Both the position numbers and the translations under genes were made by a program. From contig RHPI01001559.1 of the NCBI GenBank assembly GCA_009103225.1, forward strand, positions 128,274 to 192,273: a stretch of DNA of 64,000 bases, in the 5' to 3' direction. Each line of letters starts with the position of its first letter. Position 1 is the stretch's first letter. The notes under the pieces were generated by a model, which saw only the letters and a list, made by a program, of their open reading frames with translations, made no database searches and had not been told where the DNA came from. Below, one piece after another: positions 46,299 through 58,939 of the stretch. The DNA is from Chlorokybus atmophyticus (lineage: Eukaryota; Plantae; Mesostigma and Chlorokybus algae).

Positions 46299-49200
46299 GT
46301 TGAAAAGTCTGCGCAGCCTTTATTTTATAAAATGGACAATGTTGGTGCAGACCTGAAAGTCCGTTTGTGCAAACACATTTATTAATTGAGAAGTTGCACG
46401 GTTAAACAATAAGAATGAGAGCGTCTGCACCAACCCAAGCCCGCATGGCTGTCGGTGTCAGCACATCTTGTGGGTCTTGTATGTACATGTCTACAATGAA
46501 TGCGAGGATAATGATGTAGTTGATTGACCAAAATCTCCCGTACGTATCTTATGAGATCAACTTTAGCAAACAATTTGACATAGCTATTGTTGTCACTACC
46601 ATTGCATTGGTAATGTAATACACATCGTTGATTGATACATACATTGAAACACACCTCTCAGTGGGGAATCTGGTTCCGCTCCTTAATGAGTTTCATGAAA
46701 TCTTTTTGGTCCCCCGTAGGTTTAAAAGTACATTGAAACCCCCATTGCCTGAGCACTTCTCGATTTTTGCTCATCAACGTTGTTGGCGAGGCCCAAGCAC
46801 TCTCTTTAAGATCCCCCGTTGCGGAGTTGAAAAGCGTGTAACATATACGTACCAAAACAACATAATGTAAATCGCTTGCATGCTTGATGCAATTGCATCC
46901 GATTGTTGATAAGCACTCACAAGCCCTGAATCTCTGATGTAGTGCTGGCAACCCCCGCAAAAACCATTGTCACAACTGGCTCGTCAAACTTTGCAGACAA
47001 TGCAGTGGTAATGCGATCACGTGCGACACACCGCCGAACGGTAAGCTGCACGTGGCTTATGTACGAGCGGGGAAGCGGCATAGCTGCATGCCTTAGCGTT
47101 CAGCCTGCATGATAAGATCTCTTAATCACATGGGCGAATACAATCCTGCTCGGGGTTATGGCATTCTGCAAGAGTTGTTGATTGGTTCCAAAAGGGTATG
47201 CATGCGTGTTGTTGAGAGTTGAAGGCTTGGACACACCTTTGTTGCCCAGCCCCTGTCCACCATGTCTTAGGTAGCAAATGCTCATAAATGTTGCACATAC
47301 GCAGCTTTTGTTGTGTCCTCACCGTTTTGCTTCCAGTGGCGCACATTGCACGAGTGCTTCTGATTATGTTGTTTTCCCTAACTTCATCTTGCTTGCAAAA
47401 CTTTTAATAAGTCGAGCTTCGTGGTCATTATTACGATTGTATCAGTCGGTCAGATATTTACAACTTATATATATACAATAAACATTTTGCCTGTTTTTTT
47501 TAAAATCAGTTAGCTCTTGTAAGAAAACTTTCATATTGAAACACCGGCTCCTTAACCATTAGACCATTGCAAAAGAAGTCGCTGCCATATATGGAGCCGC
47601 ATGCCACACATATGGACATGTCCCATAACCACATATGTGACATGTACCTTCTAGTGTGTGGACCACACCATCCTTGTTATGATTGGGAGATCGAAGCGGA
47701 TGGCTTAAACTTGTGTTGATCGCAAACTTGAAACAAACATTATGGCTGGCTCTGATGCTGTAAGATGAATGATCAATAAGCGCGATTGTTAATATTTTAT
47801 AATTTCATTGATTGCGATATGCACATGCCACGACCGTAGTTTAATTAAGAGTGTATTTGTAACACATAAAGATCAAAAGCCAGTTTAGGGGTTTTTAATT
47901 AGGGGGCAAAAGTAAAGATTATGGTTTAAGAAACGGCGATGAAAACAAAGGTTAGCAATATGCATCACATAATATGACTTTATAACTACCACATGCTTTT
48001 GTGGTGGCCCCGCGTATTTTCCTTCATTTTCCCCCGAAACAACCTGCCTGAGAAAGTTGCATGCTGCAGGGAAAATTATATGTCCAATATGTCACGACAA
48101 CTATGTCTTAACGACTTTTCATATTGGCGAATTCCTCTTGCGGCTGCAGGCGGCCGCGTCCTCAGCGCGTGGTGTACAACTATAGAGTTGCATAGCTAAA
48201 CACTTCGCAACGCGCGCGCGATGTGCCGTGATGTCACATCACGTCACCACTTTGTTGACTATTGACAGAGCGATGTATACATTGAGCAACCCAAAACTGT
48301 GGGCACACAATTATTGGCACGCACATGTTGCCATGTTGCACATATGCATATGCACACCGTGTGCAGGTGGAAGCATCATGTTTCTACACACTTGCCTAAT
48401 GTGCATCTTGTGACGGTGCTCGTGCCTTGTCACCTGTGAGTTGGTCCAATTAACAACCCTCTCACCAAAACACGGTATTCACACCGGAACCTTGCCCCCT
48501 CTGCCAAGCACACACGCGCGCCCCGCCACTCGCGTACGCACGCGTATGCGCTCGAAGCTACACACCAACTTGTGTAGCGCCTTGGATTGTCACACAAGCA
48601 AGCACACACTAGTGGACACACGCTAGCAACTCCTGGTAACTACCACCAAGCTTGCACACCAAAAACTAGGGAGCTAAAGGTTGTATTGCACATTGTAGAA
48701 TGTCACTTGTATACCTACCAGTCCGCACATGCTAATGTCTAGACGATTCTAGCGCTGGACAGAACTAGAACTAGAAGCTAAGATACCCTTGCAGAATCTT
48801 GTAGTACACTTCTGGACCTTTCCGACGCACCAAAGATCTCCTCATTTACTGCTCATATGGTCAAGTTATACTACTTGGCGCCAGGCCCTGCCAGAAATCT
48901 GGTCGAGCCCTTCTCGATTGGCCCTCCGTTTTCTGGCGTCTTCCAGACCGGCCCTGGGCCGGTCGATATCTGCGGCAGACTCGCAACTTGCCGATATCCG
49001 CCACAAGTCATGAGAAACATAATATCTCACAAATAAGGCCTATAATGGCCATGAAAATCACGAAATTTGGCCTTGACTGTGACACATCTGCTTCTGACTC
49101 GAACTCTTAATCGAAAACATGAGACCTCCTACCTTGAGTGGGCCACCTAACTCCTCTATTGAAGGTGCACGTGGTGGTAAGCGGCTTATCACCACCTTTC

Positions 49201-52200
49201 TCAGCTTGCATGCACTTATAATTAATTGTTTCAGCGCATAAATCTATTTACGTGTGCAATCTTTGTTGCAACAACACTCTTATACGGTCTTTGTAGGGAA
49301 AAGCTTCACATTTTATGTGAAGTAAAAAAACATTTGTACCGTAGAAGTCTAAACTTGTCAAAGGGTTTCAATCGCCTTTTTATTGGTCTTGTATCTTTGA
49401 TAAACGTATGATGAACATATAGGGTCAAATGGGACGTATAACGCGTAATAATCACACGCGTACACCACGTATGCTACGTACGCTGCGTACATTGATCATG
49501 AGCTTGAGTGCAAAGCCCTTCACCCAACTTAATCTTGCAATGTAAATTATCATTTAACAAATACTTGTTAACTGATCCTTAATTGCCGACACTAATTGTC
49601 ACAGGTAATTGATTGCAATGGACACTGTTTAATTATCTCCATCTTTAAACAAAATCAACACAGATTGCAAGTTGTCAAAATCCATCGTGTGCACATATTG
49701 CTCTCAATTACACTTGGATGACGCAAGTAACCATAATAGTACAACGCTATCTTTATAATAAAACTTGTAACGTGATGAAGATGAACAAGTAAGCTTTCAA
49801 CTCGATGATTTAAGGCAAGCCGTGTGAAGTGAACTCACTGTTGCATTTGTTGATCAATCGTGTAATGCACAACTAAGATGCAGTCATAGTGCCACAAGTT
49901 GAGAATAGCGGTGTCAATGCTTTATGATAATTGAATGTTACATTGAGTTCATGACCAGATTTATGTCACAAGTGACTTAGATTGGAATCTGGATCAGAAT
50001 GTGCATAATGTGAGTGCCTTTAGCTTACAAGTTCATTAGCAGCTTGAGTCCAACCAAGGCATACATGTCATCATATTTTGTGCACGAGTTATGAATATAC
50101 GCACGCAGTGCGTGTCATGCACCCTCCGCCGTTAACACACGAAAAGCCCTTAATTCATTCGCAAAATATGATGCCACAACATAACATCTTCCATGCGTGC
50201 TTGTCCAATGCCTTGCAAGGATATTTTAAGATCTATTTGTATTGATTAATATACAAAACTTAAGCACTTTGTGTAAGTTGTTTACGTTAAAGACGATCAT
50301 ATTAAAATCCACCGACTTGGAGCACATGAAATAAGATACAATATGTACATATGCATACTGCAATGATTACATGCAATGCAATCTTCGCGGTATTGCTCAT
50401 GGTAATATTGGTAGTATATTCTCAAGTAAACAAAGAAACAAATACACGCTCCTTTCGGGGATTGCCGCGTTGCCGATACCGAGGGTACTGCACAACCGCA
50501 TTGGCATTGGCAGGGCACCACTAAGTCTAATGTAAGAGTCAACAGAATTTTGATTGCACCGACGGATGACTTTAACGAATTTTTTTATGGTCATGTCGTT
50601 GTTCGGACACACACGCAGCACCTCCATTTCATTGTAATTGCCCCGGATGTGACTTTTTAGAAACAAACACAACGATTGATAGGCAAACAGTCATTGTAGT
50701 AATCCATTGCAACCGCACCATAATTGTTGTGATATGTTCAAAACATAGAGACCAGTATTGTGTATTAATGCGCTACGGAGTATTTGTTTCTTCAGGTATA
50801 TATGTGTTGAGGACATAGGTCAAGGATAAAAACAATGTTTAAACTCATACTGCATTCGTTGGGTTGGTTAAACTTTTTGTATTGTGACACCGTAATCGAA
50901 CAATAAGCACTTGCTACATATTTATGGAATGGCGATGAAGGGTTCTTTCTGGAACGGGCTAGATGCCAAGTTCATTGAGCACAGTTCCCACTTGATCACG
51001 ACATAAATTCGATAAATTATTGAATGGCGAGCATGTGATTGTCCATTATGGATGATCAAGCAGCTGCTGGATTGTTTAGTTAATGCATATACACTCTTAT
51101 TGGATAAGTAGAAAGAAGAGTAGAAAGAAGAGTTGGATAGTTTATGGCAGGAAGTTGCAACCTGCAAAATTGGCAAGACATGAAGCTTACAATCATGCAA
51201 TGCATGATGACTTTGGCAGGTAGTTGTATCTCTTGACCACGTCTTGCTCAAGTTAACGCCCTTCAAACTTACATACACTATTGTACAAACAATGCAGCTT
51301 ATGAGTGCTCCTGCCTTGTATATGGGCTTTCCAGTAGTTCTGATGCAGCAGCAAGCACACTCACAAACAAACTCAACACTCACAACACAAGTCAACACAA
51401 GCCACCACACATGCACTCTGAATTACCAATGGGTAGGGGCAGAAACTAGCCACATGCTCTGTCTAAGTGCATGCAAGGAGGTGGGATGGAAGCGGGCAAG
51501 GGGCAAGTAGACAGCAGTATGGGCAACCGTACCTGAGGGCCAAGCGCCATATGTTAGACCAGGAGTCCGAAGCAGCACCACAAGCAGGACAGCATCAGCA
51601 TGAGCAGCAGCAAGGGTGAAGGGCAAAGGGCGTGGGATGCTGTGCAGTGCTGTGCTTGTTATATGCAGTCAACATGCTCATGCATAGGGTATGAGTAATG
51701 CATGCTCACACCTACCATTTCATCATGTTTGCTACAGTGCTACGTAGCTACACCAATGTCTTTCCACACTAGTTTCAACACGGGGTGGTTGTGTTAGTAG
51801 CATCAGTGGTGAAGATGGAATAGGTTAATCCGGTGGTAAACTATTGAGCAACAAGAGCTGCCTGCATGTTGTATGTTGCCTTCACTTGCATGTTGTGCAT
51901 GAGCATACATACGCCACATTGTATGTACTCTGCTGGTCATGCAAGCATGCAGCAAAAAGTACCATTACCTGCAGCGGTTGCTTTGCAATCAACTCAAAAC
52001 AAACCATGGCTCTATGTACACATGTGTATGGTGTGTGTTTTATTATCCCTTACGTTCCATACTGTCACATCAATGCACGCTAACACGATACGCCCCCATC
52101 CACGGCCCCTCCCCCCTCGTCTCACGCGCACAAGGATTTTAAGGACCACACAACCAGTTTGCACCACCACCCACACATGCGTTATTGCAGCAAGCACAGC

Positions 52201-52257
52201 ACGCAATTGTGGCACTGCTCAATGAATCAATGCGACCTATACAAGTGTCACTAGCAC

Positions 52258-55200
52258 TCAAAGTTTTGGGACCCCATTCTCATTGCTTGTGACATCTGCC
52301 TTGCCATGCATTTCCATCCAGCGACACATCTCCCAAAGCTGGTGCATGATAGACTCACGGGCACGGTACCCTAACACATGTACAAAGTACGTCAGCAACT
52401 GCAAACATACTGCCATCACAGCCACAATGCTTACCGTGGCTCTCATGTGGCAACAACACCAGGCGTGTCACTGCGCTGTGACCCTTCAATGCAGCAAAAA
52501 AGCGCTCAGACTGCATTGGGAACGTCCCTCTGATGAAAACCAGGACAAGTCGTGTGAGCACATGTGTCGCACGTGCGGTAATTCAAAGGCAAGCGCAGCT
52601 GTTGGCACAACGTACGTGTTGTTGTCGTCTTCACCATGCATGAGCAGCAGTGGCTTTGTGATCTTGTCGGCTTTCATAAATGGGCTCATGTTAATGTACG
52701 TGTCTGTGGCTTGCCAGAGAGTCCTGTCTTCAGACTGCCATGGCAGCCCATCATCAACATGCTGTTAAATCATAGCGCAGCTACGAACAGCTAAGGTGAA
52801 GCGAACAAACTCATGTGTACCTGGAACCCGAAAGGTGTCAATGTACGATTATAGGCACCGCTGCATGCCACACCGCAGCAGAAAAGCTCAGGAGCATGCG
52901 CGAGCAGGTTTGCTGTCATGAAGGCACCGTACGAATGGCCTGCCACCGTGATCTGGCCAGGATGCGCAACCTGCAACAAGATCGCGTCCCACTCCAGTGC
53001 ATTTGAAAATTGTCGCCATGACCATGGTACAAGTGCAAATGCTGCTCACCCCTCTACGGATGACCTCATCCACAGCAGCCTTGGCGCTGGCAGTCAACTG
53101 CTCGACATACCTGCAGCCATGCATGCAAATTACATCTGAATGCCAGTGCAAAAGAAGCCAGCTGCTTACGTTTCGTTGGGTTCCTGATCGCCTTCGCCAA
53201 TGATTGGCATGGTAGGTCCATCAAGGATGCAGTACCTGTCCAACAAAGTACAGCAGGTTCATAGCGATACACGGCATACAGAGCACAACTGTTAGCACAG
53301 AATTGGACAATGCGATGTTGATACACACTCACCCTCTGGCAAGCCAAAGAAGTGGCGAGCTTGGTCCGATGCTAGAGAATTCATTCGGTGACGACCGGTT
53401 CTGGCCAGCGGCTTCCTTATTCTTGAACTCCCTGCATCAACATGGTAACAGCATGAGAACATGCTGCGCAATTTGTCTTTAACTTGATCCTACAGACCTG
53501 GGATAAGCCCAGAGAAGAGTGCGCAGGGGCCCATCGCGCTTTGGTTCGTAACCTAGCCACGTGAAGGGTGTCAATGGTTATTTGCATCTGTGCGTAACAA
53601 GTACATATTCCTGGTAGTCATAGCTAATCCTGAGCCAATCAGCAAAACGACCTACCAATCAGGCAACAATGTGTCTCCTACTGCTCACCTGGTGGCAGGT
53701 ACAAGTTCGCAGTAAGCTGGCATCCATCCTCGCGCTCATACCGGACAACCTCTTTCTGCAAGCCTTTGAGCTGCAAGGGCGTGTTATCATCATGCATATT
53801 CAGGTTTCGCAACAACATGCCTGGCAAGGCAAACATGTTGCAGAAGCCTTCAATGACAGCCAGCGCCACTTGATATGTACCTGAGGGTGCGGGTGAGGGA
53901 AGTCTGTAATCTGGCGGAAAGTTGCATTGGTGGCGATGTCGTTGCAAGTGTAGTACTGAGCAGGGTCCTTCTGCGACTGTTTGCAAACCTGAGACACACA
54001 AGACAGGTGTGACCACAAGAGCCAGCAGTGCCGAGAGTATTGAGGCCTGTCAATGTTGCAGAGTACCAGCAGCGGGAGGTTGTCAAGAGTCAGCTTCTGT
54101 GTATCCGTGCACACGGTGGAAGCAACAAACTCCAGGAACTCCCCATCAGGCGGGCCACTTTGCCATATGCGTTGCGTTTGCCTCGACTCCCTGAGTTCAA
54201 TACAATGGGCTAAGTGCCACAGCTGCACGAACACGATTTGAAAAGACACCAAGAACGGCAGCCAGTCAATTGTGCGAGCTAAGTAGCACATGTGACCGTA
54301 CAAATGTTGCTCTGGCATTGCACATAACGAGTGCATCATGAGAGTTGCAACTACTTACAAGTCCAGCACGTCCAGGAAGGGCCTGTTGCCTTTGGGGGTG
54401 GCGCCAGTGCCGCTGTACAGCAGCTGGCGATTACCCGTGTCGGGGGAATCGAGCATGGCTAAGATGTCAGCACCATATTCATTTCGCCGCGTTAAGGGGC
54501 CGCCAGGATCAGTATACACGTCCTCATACATCCTTGTGGTGTCGCAAAAGACTCGTTGGTCACACCATCACAAGCCACAAGCGCATGTTTTAAGAAGGGT
54601 TTATGTCAACACACCTATCGTATAGCACACGGGGCTCTTGCTGCATATTTCCGGGCGCAATGGTCTGTTGCACATAACCCAAAATGACTTGGCAAGGCAG
54701 GAGTGATGTGGGCAGATGCATTCGCAATTACCGCAAGCACATACCCACGATACTGATTTCCTTGTCTTGTACCATGTCTCATACACAATGGCTAGGTCGT
54801 CATCTCCCCAGACAATGCCGCTGAGCAAGTTCAAACAAGTTAAATCACGGTACATTTGCTTGCACTCCAGCAGCAACCACAGTGTGTTTGACACATACTT
54901 ATAGCGCAGAGTCAGCTTCGCAAGCTCTGTTGGCTTCTCTTCTGCTCCCTTGCCTACGGACTGCACATAAACAATATCGCGGGGTGATACTTCCACTTTG
55001 GCATCTCCACCATCCTGCGTCTCAACCCTGCAAGCAGTCAGTGTGGTGTCGTTTTACACAGCTGAACCACTGCTGTCTCACGCATCAACCTACCAATAGA
55101 TGGTTGATGGCTTGTCCGGTCGCCAGTATATGCTGCGGGGGCCAGCGCGCACACTGTCCCACGCAATCGGAATATCTTCAGCCAGCGGCAGGTTCGCCAG

Positions 55201-57602
55201 CTCGCGCACAACGCGACCCGACTTTGCATCCCACACTTCCACTTTCTTGGGAAAGCGCGCACTCTGCAGCAAGCCAGGTCATGCATGAGCTGTTATGTGT
55301 GATGGTTGAACATGAACCGACAGACACTAATTCTTCTTACAATACTGCATGACAAGTGGCAGTGCTATCTAGGAAAAGATAGCCAACTTGACTGTCAGTA
55401 ACCACAACACCCATCAAACATATGCCTTTGTCATTGCGCAACCTCTCACCGGGACTAGGAAAGAGTATGGACGACATTTCGTTTCGACAATCATGAATTG
55501 GCCGTCTGGTGAAGGATCAGCTCGAGTGTACATCTGTGGTTCCCCTAGTCGACAGCTTATTCAGAGTGCATGTGGAGTGCAAAAAATACACACGCGCATG
55601 CATGCATGACTGCACAAGCGGATGTTCATGAGCCCGTGCACGCAGGAGCAGATGTGCAGTCAATTGTTCCAGTGTGCACATTACTGCCCGGCTTAGAGAG
55701 CGCAGAACAAATCTAGCACACGGTGTCGCGCACACAACCGGTCAGCAACCCAGCTCACCAATGGGCGTGGCAGTGCCATCGATGTTTGCCAAAACCAGCT
55801 GCGATGTGCCATAATAGTCGAATAGTCGCTCGTCGTGCACATCTTTTAGCAAATCCGGGTATGTTCTTGCCTGCACTGCCTTGCCTCCAGAATGATCCTT
55901 GGATACAGAATACATGTCAGCTACATTCATTCCAACCAGTGCATGTTTTTAAGTATGTGCGTATGAGGTTGAAATTCTAACCTCATACGCACATAACCAT
56001 GCTTTGTTGCAGTGTAAGTACTGGCAATTGTGCTGTGTGGCATCAATTCACCTGAATGTTTGGGCCAACTGGAGCCAAAGGTCGCGTTGGAGCCTGTCCA
56101 CGGCCTGCCGGGATTGTATACACAACCAGGGTTTCCGAATCCACCCAGTCAAAACTGTTTGTTATTCAGAAGTTAGTCAAACTCATTGGCACAGAGCACA
56201 AGCATGTGACTGGTGTCAACCAGACTCTACCTGCCAAAAACATTGTTTAGCTGGAACTGGGGTGATGTCATGAGTGGTTTTGTTGTACACGTCGCAACGT
56301 TGGCTACCCAGAGAGAGAGGGGTTCGCGCTTGCCTCGAGCCTGCAATTGACGAGGCACACCTTAGCACATGAGAGTGAACCTAATGGTAACGGCAGCACA
56401 AAGCAAAACGGACAATTACTTGCTCTTCTTCATCGCTTGCTCTCACGGAAAATGCAATATGCTTGCCATCTGGGGACCTGTATGCTGTTACTAAGCTTGC
56501 GGGTAATGGCAACATTACCTTGATTTAGCAAGCAATTGTTCAGAGCCAAGAAACACTCACCATGAGACATAATTCAGCTTGGCACCGGCTGGCAAACCAA
56601 CCAATGGTCGTTCATTAGTAGGAAAACCCTGGCTTCCTAAGTCTGCCACTGTTATCTTTGTGTACGACGTCCTGTCCATGAGCATTAAGATTAAAACTGA
56701 TACTAACCCACCAGATTCGACCCATGTCATAATGCATGCTTACATGCGGCTGCGAGAGTTGGAGTCTGGGTCTATTCGCAGGCCAGCAAGGCGCAGTTCC
56801 GGGCGTGCGAGTTCGGCAATGGATGGCAGTGACGGGCGATGCAAGTAAATGAGGACATTGCGCTGAGGGGATATAGACACATTGGGCGACGGCTCGGCAT
56901 CCACTATGGCAGCTATCTCAGCCGGCGGCATCTGATATGTAGATTCTGGTGGTGCATCTTGCTCTGCATGAAGCCAAGAGGAGGGAAGTAAGCTGCACGG
57001 ACATCGATTTGGACACAGCAAGAGCTGCGAATGCTGCTGATGTGAAGTACTTCAGCGACAAGTAAGTCCCTGCTGTCAGCATGCACTCGGTCGTGTGTTC
57101 ATACATGCACACAAACAACTACAGTACAGCTGGGGCCATACTGTGCGTACTGTACAGCTGGTCAATGTGCATCATAGCTAAGGTTAGGAAGACTTGCGCG
57201 ATGTACTTCCGCACATCAACATGCACACGAAGACAGCATGGCCTATGCGTGTAGAACTATCTTCCAATCTAGATCGACAAGAGATTCCACGACTAGCAGC
57301 ACTAGCTTACCAGAAGCTGGAGGCTTCTGAGTGGGTGTGGCGACAGTCGCCATGGTGTGGACAGTCCGCTGGGGCGGCAGCCAGGGAGCGGCCGCGGTGA
57401 CGGTGCGATGCTTGATGAACACAATGCCCTTGGACCTTGTTCTCACACCCGGGGAGAAATACGAAACCCTAGCTGGCAGCTTCCTGTAGCTGCTGTGCAC
57501 CGCTGGCCCAGCAACAGCGGCTGCAGCACTGCAGGAGAAGGCGCCCAACCGGACCGAGCAGCGAGCCAGAGCCAGCGCAGTAGCTGGCATGGGCCGGCTC
57601 AT
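52258..57602 (-). CDS. CGEP: Chloroplast glutamyl endopeptidase (prolyl oligopeptidase family S9D), many exons
   Basis: Transit-like N-terminus; 'YQMPPAEIAAIVDAEPSP..ELARPELRLAGLRID'; 'GPRSIYWRPDKPST'; nucleophile 'GHSYGAFMTANLLAH'; 'SGAYNRTLTPFGFQ'; 'LLMHGEDDNN.GTFPMQSERFF'; 'LPHESHGYRARESIMH'; stop TGA at 52260-52258. Confidence 0.93.
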
Positions 57603-57904
57603 AGTAGTAGCACCAATGAGCTCCTCCCCTGCGCCAAGCACATGCACACCCCTGCCGCCGTCGCCGCAAGCGACACCCGCAACAATGCACGCGCAGCCAC
57701 GTCGGATGGAAAGGATGAAGCCTGAACCTGCATGCCAACAAACTGGCACGAAAACTGCAACCGACATTTTCTGTCTGATTAGGAGAAAACAATGACATTT
57801 TCCTACCGATTTTCTCAAGACAACTCTGCAATGCGCTGAATTGACGCGTTTGACCTGAAACAGGGCGGAACACTAATCCTCGGGAAGTTATCGAGGGTGC
57901 AGTG

Positions 57905-58939
57905 ATGGTGGTGAAGAAGGCGGCGGCGGCGGAAGGAAAGGAGGTGGAGGTGGAGATGGAGGGGGCCATGGAAGCACAGGTGGGGCTGCATGGCAAGCAG
58001 AAGCGAAAGAGGAAGGCGCAGAAGCAGAAGCTGAAGCAGCAGCAGCAGCAGAAGGACGCAGCAGGGGCGAAGGAGAGCGCTGAGCCGGTGGAGGGAGCTG
58101 AGGCCTTGGCTGGGACTCCACAAACAGAGGCGGCCGTACTGCTGAACGGTGGGGGGTAACATGTATTGCAATGTGCTGCTGGCTGAATAGTTCTCTGTTG
58201 AAGAAACTCTGTCGAAGAGGAACATGTGTATATGTTGCACTGTGTGTGTAACGCCACTGTCATAGGCTCAGAGGTTCTACTTGGCTGCTCTGTGCATGCT
58301 GACTTCATACACTCTGCTTATGCAATACGACTGACAGAGCGGACAGCTGGTAAGGACGCGAAGCCTGCGAGCGAAATAGACAGCATATTCACTTCAGCAA
58401 AACAGAAGCGCAAGCAACAGCAGCAGGTGCAACAGCACGAAGCAGAGAAGGCCAAGGCACGTGAAAGTAGTGAGGTATGTGTATTTTGCACATGCTTGTG
58501 TCACCGATATTGGCAAAAGTCGATTGCGACTTGAGCTATTGCATGTTACCAGGAAAAGGCTGGCAGCAAGAAGCGCAGAAAAGGGGAGGCCAAACGAGAA
58601 CCGGATCAACCTGCCAGCACCGGTGCGTGTTTGTTCGCTCTAATGGGGATGTAACTAATTGTAACTAACTTAACTTATCGCAAGCATGGCCTAATGTTTG
58701 TGCATAGCATGGATACAAACACCAATGCAGAGTGCGTGGTGCAAAGCACCTGCTCGTAGTTTATTGATCAAGCCTTCATTGACCCGTTTGGTTGTTCTCT
58801 TAATGTTGGCGTGTTCACAGTGCGGAGGAGAAAGACCAACGACGGGTATGCGATATACTCTACAGACGAGCTGAAGTGGGGCAGGAAGGAGGCTGGCGGC
58901 AGCTCCCTGTGCCCCTTCGATTGCGATTGCTGCTTTTGA
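57905..58939 (+). CDS. DUF1764-type small Lys-rich protein, 4 exons
   Basis: 'SEIDSIF' motif and C-terminal 'RRKTNDGYAIYSTDELKWGRKEAGGSSLCPFDCDCCF*'. Confidence 0.88.

Noticed and set aside
48428-49084. Possible solo LTR (TGTCAC...GTGACA)
   Set aside because: Flanks TGCCT and CATCT do not form a TSD; only a 6-bp inverted match.
57464-57471. Telobox-like AAACCCTA
   Set aside because: It falls inside the CGEP coding exon; likely incidental.
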